Assembly: GCA_041640635.1 (NCBI GenBank)
Contig: JBEPZX010000013.1
Span: 1-32,832, forward strand
Length of the DNA: 32,832 bases
Direction of reading: 5' to 3'
Origin: Aquificaceae bacterium
GTDB taxonomy: Bacteria > Aquificota > Aquificia > Aquificales > Aquificaceae
In this document: piece after piece, positions 24,817 to 32,832 of the stretch
Layout of the letters: each line of letters starts with the position of its first letter
Position numbering within the stretch: position 1 is the stretch's first letter
The notes under the pieces: model-generated
What the model saw: only the letters and a program-made list of their open reading frames with translations
The model's database searches: none
What the model was told of the DNA's origin: nothing
Position numbers and translations under genes: made by a program

Positions 24817-26097
24817 ACCATAAGCCATATATAAGGCTTCTATTGGGTGTATGGGCTTTATACCCGTTCCAAGTTCTATTTGATTAGAAGCCAACGGACA
24901 ATCTGAAACATAAACATCTGCATTAGAAGCTTTTATGTCCTCAAAAAGCTTACTACCTACCTTATACGCCATATCGAAAGTTTCTTTTCTTACACCAAAT
25001 GTTCCATCGTGTCCAGAACATCTCTCTATTAGCCTTACTCTCGTATTTGGAATGAGCCTCATCAAAGCTGCAGCTCTATAACCTACATTTAGAGATTTTA
25101 AGTGACAGGGAATATGATAGGCGACATTTCCAAGAGATACCTTGAAATCTTTGTTAAGTTTACCTTTTTCGTGGAGTTTCCATAGATACTCATGAATATC
25201 GTAAACCTTTTCGGAAACAGCCTTTACATCTGGATCATCTGGAAGCAGTAGAGGATACTCATACTTAATTTGTAGCGCACAGGTAGGAACTGGAACCACT
25301 ATATCGTAACCTGCATCTACATAGGGTTTTAGCATCTTAACGTTAAATCTTGCCTTTTCTACAGCTGAATCTATATCACCTATGTCAAAGAAAGGTATTC
25401 CACAGCATTGTTGTTCCGGAATGTCTATATACAAATCATTCATTTCTAGCACACGTACCAGGGCCTTACCCTTTTCCAGAAAGTTATAGTTTAATAAACA
25501 CGTGTAGAATAGGGCTACTTTTCCATTTTCTCCCTTCAAATTTTGTCTGTTTTTCTTGAACCAAGAAACAAAGCTCTCTTCGTTAAAAGTTGGCAAATTA
25601 GCTCTTCTATCAACTCCCATAAACTTTTCCAAAACTACTCTAACGGGCTTTATTTGGTTTACTTTATTTACTATTGGAGACAAAGGTAGAGACAGTTTAC
25701 CTACGAGGTCCGTGTTAATCATTAGCTTGTCGGTTATTTTTGCACCTTTGTTTTTAAATTTCCAAACTTTGTACCTCAAAGATAGGTGAGGAAAGTCTAT
25801 TTTCCATTCATGGGGGGGAGTGTAAGGACATTTAAAGTAACATTGCTTGCAGTGGAAGCATAGTTCCAAAGGTAATGCAAGCTCTTCTTTAGAAAGAGCT
25901 TCTACATTGTCATCGTGTCTATCTACAGCATCAAACAGAGCTGGAAAGGATGGACAATAGGTTACACACATTCTACAGTCTTTACACTTTGAGTAAACTC
26001 TCCTTGCCTCTTCCCAAATAGCAGACTCGTCTAAAAACTTTGGATCTTTGATATTGAATTCAAAGTCCTTTACACCGCCAATTGCCATTTCGCTCAT
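24808..26097 (-). CDS. Fe-S oxidoreductase with two 4Fe-4S motifs and CCG domains (GlpC/HdrB-like)
   Basis: CKDCRMCVTYCP, CFHCKQCYFKCP, QCCG, YHIPCH, RCSGHDG, SDCP. ATG 26097 lies 6 nt after AGGAGG; promoter TTGAAA-16-TATAAT at 26124-26151. Confidence 0.88.
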   Translation of the reverse strand: MSEMAIGGVKDFEFNIKDPKFLDESAIWEEARRVYSKCKDCRMCVTYCPSFPALFDAVDRHDDNVEALSKEELALPLELCFHCKQCYFKCPYTPPHEWKIDFPHLSLRYKVWKFKNKGAKITDKLMINTDLVGKLSLPLSPIVNKVNQIKPVRVVLEKFMGVDRRANLPTFNEESFVSWFKKNRQNLKGENGKVALFYTCLLNYNFLEKGKALVRVLEMNDLYIDIPEQQCCGIPFFDIGDIDSAVEKARFNVKMLKPYVDAGYDIVVPVPTCALQIKYEYPLLLPDDPDVKAVSEKVYDIHEYLWKLHEKGKLNKDFKVSLGNVAYHIPCHLKSLNVGYRAAALMRLIPNTRVRLIERCSGHDGTFGVRKETFDMAYKVGSKLFEDIKASNADVYVSDCPLASNQIELGTGIKPIHPIEALYMAYGSP

Positions 26098-26230
26098 CTT
26101 CATCCTCCTTTTTGATACTTTATATTATATGCGAATTTTTATCAATTTCAAAAATAAATACATCTGGGACTTCATTTTAGCAAGCTCCTTTAAGAAACAA
26201 ATTACATAGACATAACTGTAAAACTAGAAC

Positions 26231-27943
26231 TTATACTTTATCCTTTTCTATTCTCTCCTTTACGTAATTTATGCACTCATCAACCTTTAGATCTATTCTT
26301 TCAGCGCTGTGCCTACAAAATACTTCAACTATACCATCCTTTAGCTTCTTACCCACCACTATGCGGTATGGGAATCCACACAGGTCGGCATCCGCAAACT
26401 TAGAACCTGGACTAATTTCCCTGTCGTCATATATGGTTTCTATTCCCATTTCTTGAGCTAGCATGTAGAGTCTTTCGGATACTTCCTTTTGGTCTTTATC
26501 GTCCATATTTACACAAACTATAACTAAATGAAAAGGCGCAACTACCGTAGGGAACTTTATACCTTTTTCGTCGTGGTACTGTTCTACAATGGCAGCCAAA
26601 CACCTAGATATGCCAATTCCGTAGCATCCCATTATGACTGGCTTCGATGTACCGTCTTGATCGGTAAAGTAAAGCTTCATGGGTTCTGAGTATCTCGTGC
26701 CAAGCAGAAAGATATGACCAAGTTCCAAACCCTTATCTACTTTTAGAGGGCTTCCACACTTTGGACATTTATCACCCTCTTTTACTTGAGCTACATCTAC
26801 AAATTCTCCGTATTGGTAATCTCTACCTGAGTTGGCATTGATAAGGTGATACTCCTTTTTGTTGAAGGCAACAACCATATTTTTTGTACCGCGCAACGAG
26901 TAATCCCACAAAACCTTCATACCTTCCGGCAGATTTAGAGGACCTATAAAGCCCTTGGAAGTACCAAGGAGTTTCTCTACTTCTTCATCGGTTGCTAATC
27001 TAAAGTTTTCGCTCTTTAGCACTCCTTCAAGTTTGTTTTCGTCTATGTCTCTGTCACCTCTTATTAGTACCATTAAAGGCTTAGAGTCCCATATGTAAAG
27101 CACAGCTTTTATGATTTTGCTAGATGGAACGCCTAAAAACTCAGAAAGCTCCTGTATGGTCTTTACGTTTGGGGTGTAAACTTCTTGCGCTTCTTTTTCT
27201 TCTTCATCTTCCTCTTGCCAAGCATTTGATAGATCCACTATTTCTGCGTTAGCTGCGTAAGAGCAGTTCTCACAGTAAGCGACTCGCGCCTCTCCATAAT
27301 CTGTAAGAACCACAAATTCGTGAGAGCTTTTGCCTCCTATTGTGCCTACACTCGCTTCTACCATGAGTGTTTTGAGTCTGAGTTTTTTGAATACCCTTTC
27401 GTAAGCGAACTTCATACTTTCGTAAGAGAGCATAGCCGAGAATTCATCGGCATCGAATGAGTAAGCATCTTTCATGATAAACTCTCTTGCTCTTATGAGA
27501 CCAAAGCGCGGTCTCTTTTCGTCTCTAAACTTGGTCTGTATTTGATACAAAATAACTGGAAGTTGTCTATATGAACTTACGTAACTTCTAACCAAGTCTG
27601 TTACCTCTTCTTCGTGAGTAGGACCCAGACAGTAGTCTCTCTCGCTTCTGTCTTTGAGTTTAAACAGCTCTCTACCGTACATCTCCCATCTTTGTGTCTC
27701 TTTCCAAAGCTCTGCAGGATTTAGAACTGTAAGCAGTACTTCTTGAGCACCACTTCTGTCCATTTCCCTTCTTACTATGTCCTCGATCTTTTTCAAGACC
27801 CTGTAAGCGGGAGGTGTGTATGCGTATATGCCTGATGCTACTTGCTTTATAAAACCAGCTTTTAGCAAGAGTCTATGGGAGGGTGCCTCGGCTTCCGATG
27901 GTTCTTCTTTTGAAGTGTACCAAAAATACTTACTCCAACGCAT
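26231..27943 (-). CDS. proS: proline--tRNA ligase (bacterial type with INS editing domain)
   Basis: LGPTHEE, KFRDE.RPRFGL.R.REF.MKDAYSF, GFIGP, ELGHIF, MGCYGIG. Confidence 0.99.
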   Translation of the reverse strand: MRWSKYFWYTSKEEPSEAEAPSHRLLLKAGFIKQVASGIYAYTPPAYRVLKKIEDIVRREMDRSGAQEVLLTVLNPAELWKETQRWEMYGRELFKLKDRSERDYCLGPTHEEEVTDLVRSYVSSYRQLPVILYQIQTKFRDEKRPRFGLIRAREFIMKDAYSFDADEFSAMLSYESMKFAYERVFKKLRLKTLMVEASVGTIGGKSSHEFVVLTDYGEARVAYCENCSYAANAEIVDLSNAWQEEDEEEKEAQEVYTPNVKTIQELSEFLGVPSSKIIKAVLYIWDSKPLMVLIRGDRDIDENKLEGVLKSENFRLATDEEVEKLLGTSKGFIGPLNLPEGMKVLWDYSLRGTKNMVVAFNKKEYHLINANSGRDYQYGEFVDVAQVKEGDKCPKCGSPLKVDKGLELGHIFLLGTRYSEPMKLYFTDQDGTSKPVIMGCYGIGISRCLAAIVEQYHDEKGIKFPTVVAPFHLVIVCVNMDDKDQKEVSERLYMLAQEMGIETIYDDREISPGSKFADADLCGFPYRIVVGKKLKDGIVEVFCRHSAERIDLKVDECINYVKERIEKDKV

Positions 27944-27961
27944 GGAGTATTATTATATGAG
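27944..27961. promoter_or_regulatory. bidirectional leaderless promoter proS/flhA
   Basis: 18-nt gap with TATTAT (+, 27948-27953) 8 nt before the flhA ATG and TATAAT (-, 27952-27957) 8 nt before the proS ATG. Confidence 0.65.
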
Positions 27962-29998
27962 ATGGGGTATAAGGAAGGGTGGATAGTATTTGTATTCATA
28001 CTTGTGCTTGTGGCTATAATACTGCCTATACCTGCCTTCGTGCTTGATCTCCTACTTGCAACAAGTATAACCTTTTCTTTGACGATCCTGGTGGTAAGTA
28101 TGTTTGTGAAAACACCTTTGGAGCTCTCTAGCTTTCCCAGCATCTTACTACTTGGCACTCTTCTTAGGCTTTCGCTCAACATAGCGGCAGCTAGAAGAAT
28201 ACTCTTGTATGGACATGAGGGTACATCTGCAGCAGGTCACATCATAGAAGGTTTTGGAAAGTTTGTCGTTGGTGGAGATGTGGTGGTGGGACTCATAGTT
28301 TTCTTCATATTCATAGTTATAAACTTCATCGTTATTACACGAGGTGCAGAAAGGGTTTCAGAAGTTGCAGCTCGCTTTACGTTGGATGCCATGCCAGGTA
28401 AGCAAATGAGTATAGATGCTGACCTGAATGCGGGTTTGATAAACGAAGAAGAAGCGAGAAGAAGAAGAGCGCTTCTGGAGCAGGAGGCGTCTTTTTATGG
28501 TTCCATGGATGGTGCAAGCAAGTTTATAAGGGGTGATGCTATAGCGGCTCTCTTGATACTGTTTCTCAGTCTCGTTGGTGGATTAATAGTGGGCATAGTG
28601 TTTAAGGGCTTGGGTTTAAGTGAGGCTCTCACTACTTATACCTTGCTCACCGTTGGTGAAGGTTTGGCGTCTCAAATACCTGCGCTCATGCTGTCCACAG
28701 CATCTGGTATAGTAGTTACAAAGACCTCTTCAAAGGAAGAGATCGGCAAGGCTTTGTATCAGGAAATTTCCAAGGAACCACGCGTATTTCTCTTTTCTTC
28801 GGGTCTTATGCTTTTTATTGGACTAATTCCAGGGTTTCCCAAACTTCCTTTTTTGTTTATGTCCGTTCTTTTGGGAAGTCTCTACTACTTTACCAATAAA
28901 GCTATAAAGGAAAGACAGATAAGAGAGTTGGAACAAGCCTTTATACAAAAGAAGGTGACTTCTGAAAAGAAGGAGGATGAATTCATAATTCAACCCGAGA
29001 CTATAGCTCTGGAGATAGGCTACGGACTTGTGCCCTACGTAGAGGAAAGTGAGGGTGGTGACATACCATCAAGAATAAAGAGTATAAGAAGGCAGATAGC
29101 TAGCGATTATGGTGTTGTCATCCCATTGGTGCATATAAGGGACAACCTTCGGCTGCGACCTTACCAGTACAGACTCTTAATAAGGGGTGTTGAGGTGGAC
29201 ACCTACGAAGTTTTACCTCAACACTATTTGGCTATAGACCTGGGTAATGCGAAAGCTCCTCTGGAGGGCAAAGAAACAAAAGACCCTTCATTTAAGCTAA
29301 AAGCCTACTGGGTAACCGAAGATCAGCGTTTGCAAGCACAGAGGTTAGGTTATATGGTGGTGGATATACCAACACTGATAATAACGCACATTTCTGAGAT
29401 TATCAAAAGAAACCTTCACGATATACTGGGAAGACAGGAGGTGCTTGATCTAATAGAGAGGGTATCCTCCAAATACCCCAAGGCGATTCAAGGACTGATA
29501 CCCGATGTGATACCAATCAACACACTCCATAGAGTTCTACAAAACTTGCTCCGTGAGGGTATACCTATAAACGATATGGTAACCATAGTGGAAACATTGG
29601 GAGACTACATAGAGCAGACGAGAGATCCAGATATGCTCACCGAGTACGTAAGACAAAAGTTATATAAGAGAATAACCAGACTGTATATGGTTGATGGTGT
29701 ACTTTACGCTATAGCCATGTCACCAAAGGTGGAAAGTAAGCTTTCTCATTTTATACAGGAAGGCAGAGAGGATGAGTTTTTGGACCTGCTTATAAACCGC
29801 ATACAGCAGAAAATAACGCAAGAAATTCCAAAGTTTGTTCCATACCAGGCAACGCCTGTACTTTTGACCTCTAGTAATATAAGAAGACACATAAAGAGGG
29901 TGATAGAGAATTACATACCACAGCTGGCTGTACTGTCTTATAATGAGTTAGATAGACAGATTAATCTAAAAGTTCTAGGTATAGTAGATGAAGATTAA
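27962..29998 (+). CDS. flhA: flagellar export apparatus protein FlhA
   Basis: [51 protein letters not shown]. Confidence 0.98.
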   Translation: MGYKEGWIVFVFILVLVAIILPIPAFVLDLLLATSITFSLTILVVSMFVKTPLELSSFPSILLLGTLLRLSLNIAAARRILLYGHEGTSAAGHIIEGFGKFVVGGDVVVGLIVFFIFIVINFIVITRGAERVSEVAARFTLDAMPGKQMSIDADLNAGLINEEEARRRRALLEQEASFYGSMDGASKFIRGDAIAALLILFLSLVGGLIVGIVFKGLGLSEALTTYTLLTVGEGLASQIPALMLSTASGIVVTKTSSKEEIGKALYQEISKEPRVFLFSSGLMLFIGLIPGFPKLPFLFMSVLLGSLYYFTNKAIKERQIRELEQAFIQKKVTSEKKEDEFIIQPETIALEIGYGLVPYVEESEGGDIPSRIKSIRRQIASDYGVVIPLVHIRDNLRLRPYQYRLLIRGVEVDTYEVLPQHYLAIDLGNAKAPLEGKETKDPSFKLKAYWVTEDQRLQAQRLGYMVVDIPTLIITHISEIIKRNLHDILGRQEVLDLIERVSSKYPKAIQGLIPDVIPINTLHRVLQNLLREGIPINDMVTIVETLGDYIEQTRDPDMLTEYVRQKLYKRITRLYMVDGVLYAIAMSPKVESKLSHFIQEGREDEFLDLLINRIQQKITQEIPKFVPYQATPVLLTSSNIRRHIKRVIENYIPQLAVLSYNELDRQINLKVLGIVDED

Positions 29999-31094
29999 AA
30001 AATTAATTGTAAGCTCTTTACAGGAGGCTGTGGAGGAAATAAAGGCCCTCTATGGCAACGATGCAGTGATACTTTCAACAAAGGTTATAAAAACCAATCG
30101 TATACCCCTCTTTCCATTCTTTAAAAAGTCTATGCTTGAGGTCACCTTGGGCATACCTGACAGAGAAGACTTTACTAAAGAGTTTAAGAAAGAGGAGGGT
30201 ATATACGAAGAGATAAGCAGAATGAAGGAATCTCTAAAAGAAGTAATAGATATGGTAAAAAGACAAAGAGAAACGTCCTTTCAAGAGGAGCTAAAGGATG
30301 ATATAGAGGAAGGCTACTCCATAAGGGTCATAAACCTCATAAACAAACTTATCAAAAAGGGTGTGAACAGAGATATAGCCAAGAAAATTGTAGAGTCTGC
30401 CTGCGGTTACGACTACGAACTAAAAAAGCTGGATCTAAAAGGTGAAAGCTTAGAGTCCCTTATAGAGGGGCTAAAGGGCAACATAAAACTATTAGAAGAC
30501 TTCTTAAATCAAGAAAAGAGCATTAGGATAATTACTTTGGTAGGTCCTACAGGTGTGGGCAAGACCACCACCATAGCCAAACTGGCATACCTACTTAAAT
30601 CCTCTGGTAAAAAAGTCGGGGTTGTTACCATTGACAGCTTTAGAGTGGGAGCTGTAGAACAGCTAAGATCTTTTATATCTCTAATGGAACTTCCTTTCAG
30701 AACTGCTGATACACCTTATAAGCTAAGAGAGTGTATTGGTGAATTATCCTCTGAGGATTTCATCCTCATAGATACAGGCGGAAGAAGCCAGTACAACGAA
30801 ATAAAATTAAAGGAACTCTTACCTTTTCTAAATAAATTACCATCCAATGAAGTGTATCTGGTGGTCTCTGCCAATATGGATGAGAAAGTGATTCATGACT
30901 CTTTAAACAGTTTTGGTATACTGCCTCTTGCCGGCATGATGTTTACCAAACTAGATGAAACGGAGTACCAAGGATGCATTATAAACGTGTCCTACAAAAC
31001 TCAGCTTCCGGTAGCTTGCTTTACCATGGGGCAGAAGGTACCGGACGATATAGTTCTTGCCAGTTACGACTACTTGGCTAGGTTATTTTTATAG
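29988..31094 (+). CDS. flhF: flagellar biosynthesis SRP-family GTPase FlhF
   Basis: [44 protein letters not shown]. Confidence 0.96.
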   Translation: MKIKKLIVSSLQEAVEEIKALYGNDAVILSTKVIKTNRIPLFPFFKKSMLEVTLGIPDREDFTKEFKKEEGIYEEISRMKESLKEVIDMVKRQRETSFQEELKDDIEEGYSIRVINLINKLIKKGVNRDIAKKIVESACGYDYELKKLDLKGESLESLIEGLKGNIKLLEDFLNQEKSIRIITLVGPTGVGKTTTIAKLAYLLKSSGKKVGVVTIDSFRVGAVEQLRSFISLMELPFRTADTPYKLRECIGELSSEDFILIDTGGRSQYNEIKLKELLPFLNKLPSNEVYLVVSANMDEKVIHDSLNSFGILPLAGMMFTKLDETEYQGCIINVSYKTQLPVACFTMGQKVPDDIVLASYDYLARLFL

Positions 31095-31102
31095 GTAGTA
31101 CC

Positions 31103-31930
31103 ATGGATGAACAGCTACTAGCTTTAAAAAAGAGTCTGGAAAATCAAAACCCAACAGGCTACATAGCAGTAGCTAGTGGGAAAGGTGGCGTAGGCAAAAC
31201 ATTGATAACAATTCACATAGGTAAGATCTTAGCCAACCAAGGCAAAAAGGTACTAATAATAGATGGAGATCTTGGGCTTAGCAATGTTCATATAATGTTG
31301 GGCATCACTCCCAATAAAAATCTCTATCACTTTTTTATGGGAGAGTCTACAATAGATGATATAGTTGTACCTATTGACGATAGACTATCCTTCATATCCA
31401 GCGGTAGTGGTATAAGGGAACTTGTAAACCTCCCGGAGAAACAACTTATAAACCTCATCCTAAAGTTAAAAGAATTTGCAGAAAGGAGTCAAGATTGGGT
31501 AATATTCGATACACCACCTGGGATACATCCAGATACGACATCCATAATATCTTCAGCAGATTTACCAATAATAGTAACAACTCCTGAACCTACGGCTATA
31601 GCGGATGCATATGGACTTATAAAAGTTATAAATTCCACTACAAATTTAAAGAAGTTTTACTTAATTGTAAATAAAGTCTCCACAAAAGAGGAAGGGGAAA
31701 AAGTTTACGAAAGTATACAGAGGGTGTGCGAAAAGTTCACCAGTTCGGAAGTTACGTACCTAGGCAGTTTAAGTTTCAATCCAAAGATTATAAGACAGAT
31801 AGTGAATCAATCACCATTTAATGACGGCTTACTTAAAGAGCTCTCTTTTGCCTTAAGTAAACTGCCAATGGGTATAAGTCCAATTAAAGGTGGCTTTTGG
31901 GAAAGGTTTTTATCTAAATTTAAGCGTTAA
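31103..31930 (+). CDS. flhG: MinD-like flagellar number regulator FlhG/FleN
   Basis: SGKGGVGKT, DLGLSN, PEPTAIADAYGLIK, amphipathic C-terminus GFWERFLSKF; follows flhF. Confidence 0.93.
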   Translation: MDEQLLALKKSLENQNPTGYIAVASGKGGVGKTLITIHIGKILANQGKKVLIIDGDLGLSNVHIMLGITPNKNLYHFFMGESTIDDIVVPIDDRLSFISSGSGIRELVNLPEKQLINLILKLKEFAERSQDWVIFDTPPGIHPDTTSIISSADLPIIVTTPEPTAIADAYGLIKVINSTTNLKKFYLIVNKVSTKEEGEKVYESIQRVCEKFTSSEVTYLGSLSFNPKIIRQIVNQSPFNDGLLKELSFALSKLPMGISPIKGGFWERFLSKFKR

Positions 31931-31957
31931 AGCCTTTTGCCTTATACTAATTACTTT

Positions 31958-32832
31958 ATGAACGACCTTCTCTTAAAAAGCATAAAGAAGGAACCCATAG
32001 ATCGCTTTCCTATCTGGCTTATGCGCCAAGCTGGAAGGTATATGAAGGAATACGGGGAGCTAAGACAAAAGGAAAAGGACTTTTTGAGCTTTTGCAAAAA
32101 CGTGGAGTTAGCAACAAAGGCTTCTTTGCTGCCTCTGGAGCTTTTGGGTGTAGATGCCATAATTATCTTTTCCGATATCCTCGTGCCCTTGGAAGCTATG
32201 GGAGCAAAGGTGGAGTTTCTCGAAGGTGAAGGACCAAAGGTAGATTGGGACAAAGACCCCAAGTCTTTGAAAAGGATATCTTACAAAGACACAGACTTTG
32301 TTAACGAGATTATAAGAAACGTAAAAAGACTTCAAAAGGAAGTGCCCGTAATAGGTTTCTGCGGTGCACCTTTTACGCTGCTTTCTTACTTGGTGGAAGG
32401 ACAGTCTAGCAAAGACCTAAGGAAAACTAAACTCTTTATGTGGGAAGATACCCATTACTTGGATATTATGAACCTGTTATCTGAAAGCTTAATTGAGTAC
32501 CTAAAAGGTCAAGCTATGGCTGGAGCCGATGTTTTGCAAGTGTTTGACAGTTGGGCTATGTATATGTCTTATCAGGACTTCTCAAAGTATGCACAAGCTG
32601 TCTTGAAACCTTTCTTCGAAAGCTTAAAAAAAGAAGTGAAAGTTCCAATTATTTACTTCTATAGAGGTTCAGGAAGCTTTTTTAGGCAAGTGGATAGGTT
32701 AAACATAGACGTGATATCCGTGGACTGGACGGTAGACATATTAGATTGTATGAACCAAAGTGAGAAGGTTTTGCAAGGAAATTTAGATCCGTATGTTATT
32801 TACTCTTCTTACAGCAATTTAGAAAACTATGT
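31958..32832 (+). CDS. hemE: uroporphyrinogen decarboxylase (3' end runs off the window)
   Basis: Manual translation: MNDLLLKSIKKEPIDRFPIWLMRQAGRYMKEY...DAIIIFSDIL...GFCGAPFTL...QVFDSW...LQGNLDP. Confidence 0.97.
   Translation, partial: MNDLLLKSIKKEPIDRFPIWLMRQAGRYMKEYGELRQKEKDFLSFCKNVELATKASLLPLELLGVDAIIIFSDILVPLEAMGAKVEFLEGEGPKVDWDKDPKSLKRISYKDTDFVNEIIRNVKRLQKEVPVIGFCGAPFTLLSYLVEGQSSKDLRKTKLFMWEDTHYLDIMNLLSESLIEYLKGQAMAGADVLQVFDSWAMYMSYQDFSKYAQAVLKPFFESLKKEVKVPIIYFYRGSGSFFRQVDRLNIDVISVDWTVDILDCMNQSEKVLQGNLDPYVIYSSYSNLENY

Noticed and set aside
31951..32335. Two minus-strand ORFs
   Set aside because: Antisense to hemE, which is open to the window end.
1..32832. CRISPR arrays, IS elements, prophage, inteins
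   Set aside because: No periodic repeats, transposase or phage-like ORFs, or oversized insertions seen; nearly all sequence is explained by core genes.

Overview
Gene-dense core-genome segment of a thermophilic Aquificaceae bacterium (Hydrogenobacter/Thermocrinis-like). Lineage markers are a split leucyl-tRNA synthetase beta subunit, the 2-oxoglutarate carboxylase genes cfiBA of the reductive TCA cycle, and scattered flagellar genes. Gene order: rplI(partial)-rpsR-ssb-rpsF with an S6:S18-type leader; ribBA; lptD; purC; gatC-recA-pilT/U; a HemJ-like membrane protein/membrane protein/exported peroxiredoxin operon; argJ; a 55-aa membrane ORF missing from the ORF track; leuS-beta; moaC with an extra domain; 2Fe-2S ferredoxin; acpS; a YcnK-like DeoR/NosL regulator; tRNA-Val(TAC); uvrC; FUN14; a PA2779/PA2778-like Gly-Gly substrate and C39 peptidase pair; serA; exported DsrE; bcp; osmC-cfiB-cfiA; rlmN; flgM; a CCG-domain Fe-S oxidoreductase; proS; flhA-flhF-flhG; hemE(partial). 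No mobile element, CRISPR array or long repeat was seen. The most interesting signals are the Gly-Gly/C39 processing pair, the candidate membrane-to-periplasm peroxide-reducing operon, pervasive leaderless and bidirectional promoters, and repeated ATGAT-N4-ATCAT-like sites upstream of the carbon-fixation operon. All calls come from motif recognition by eye; no searches were run.
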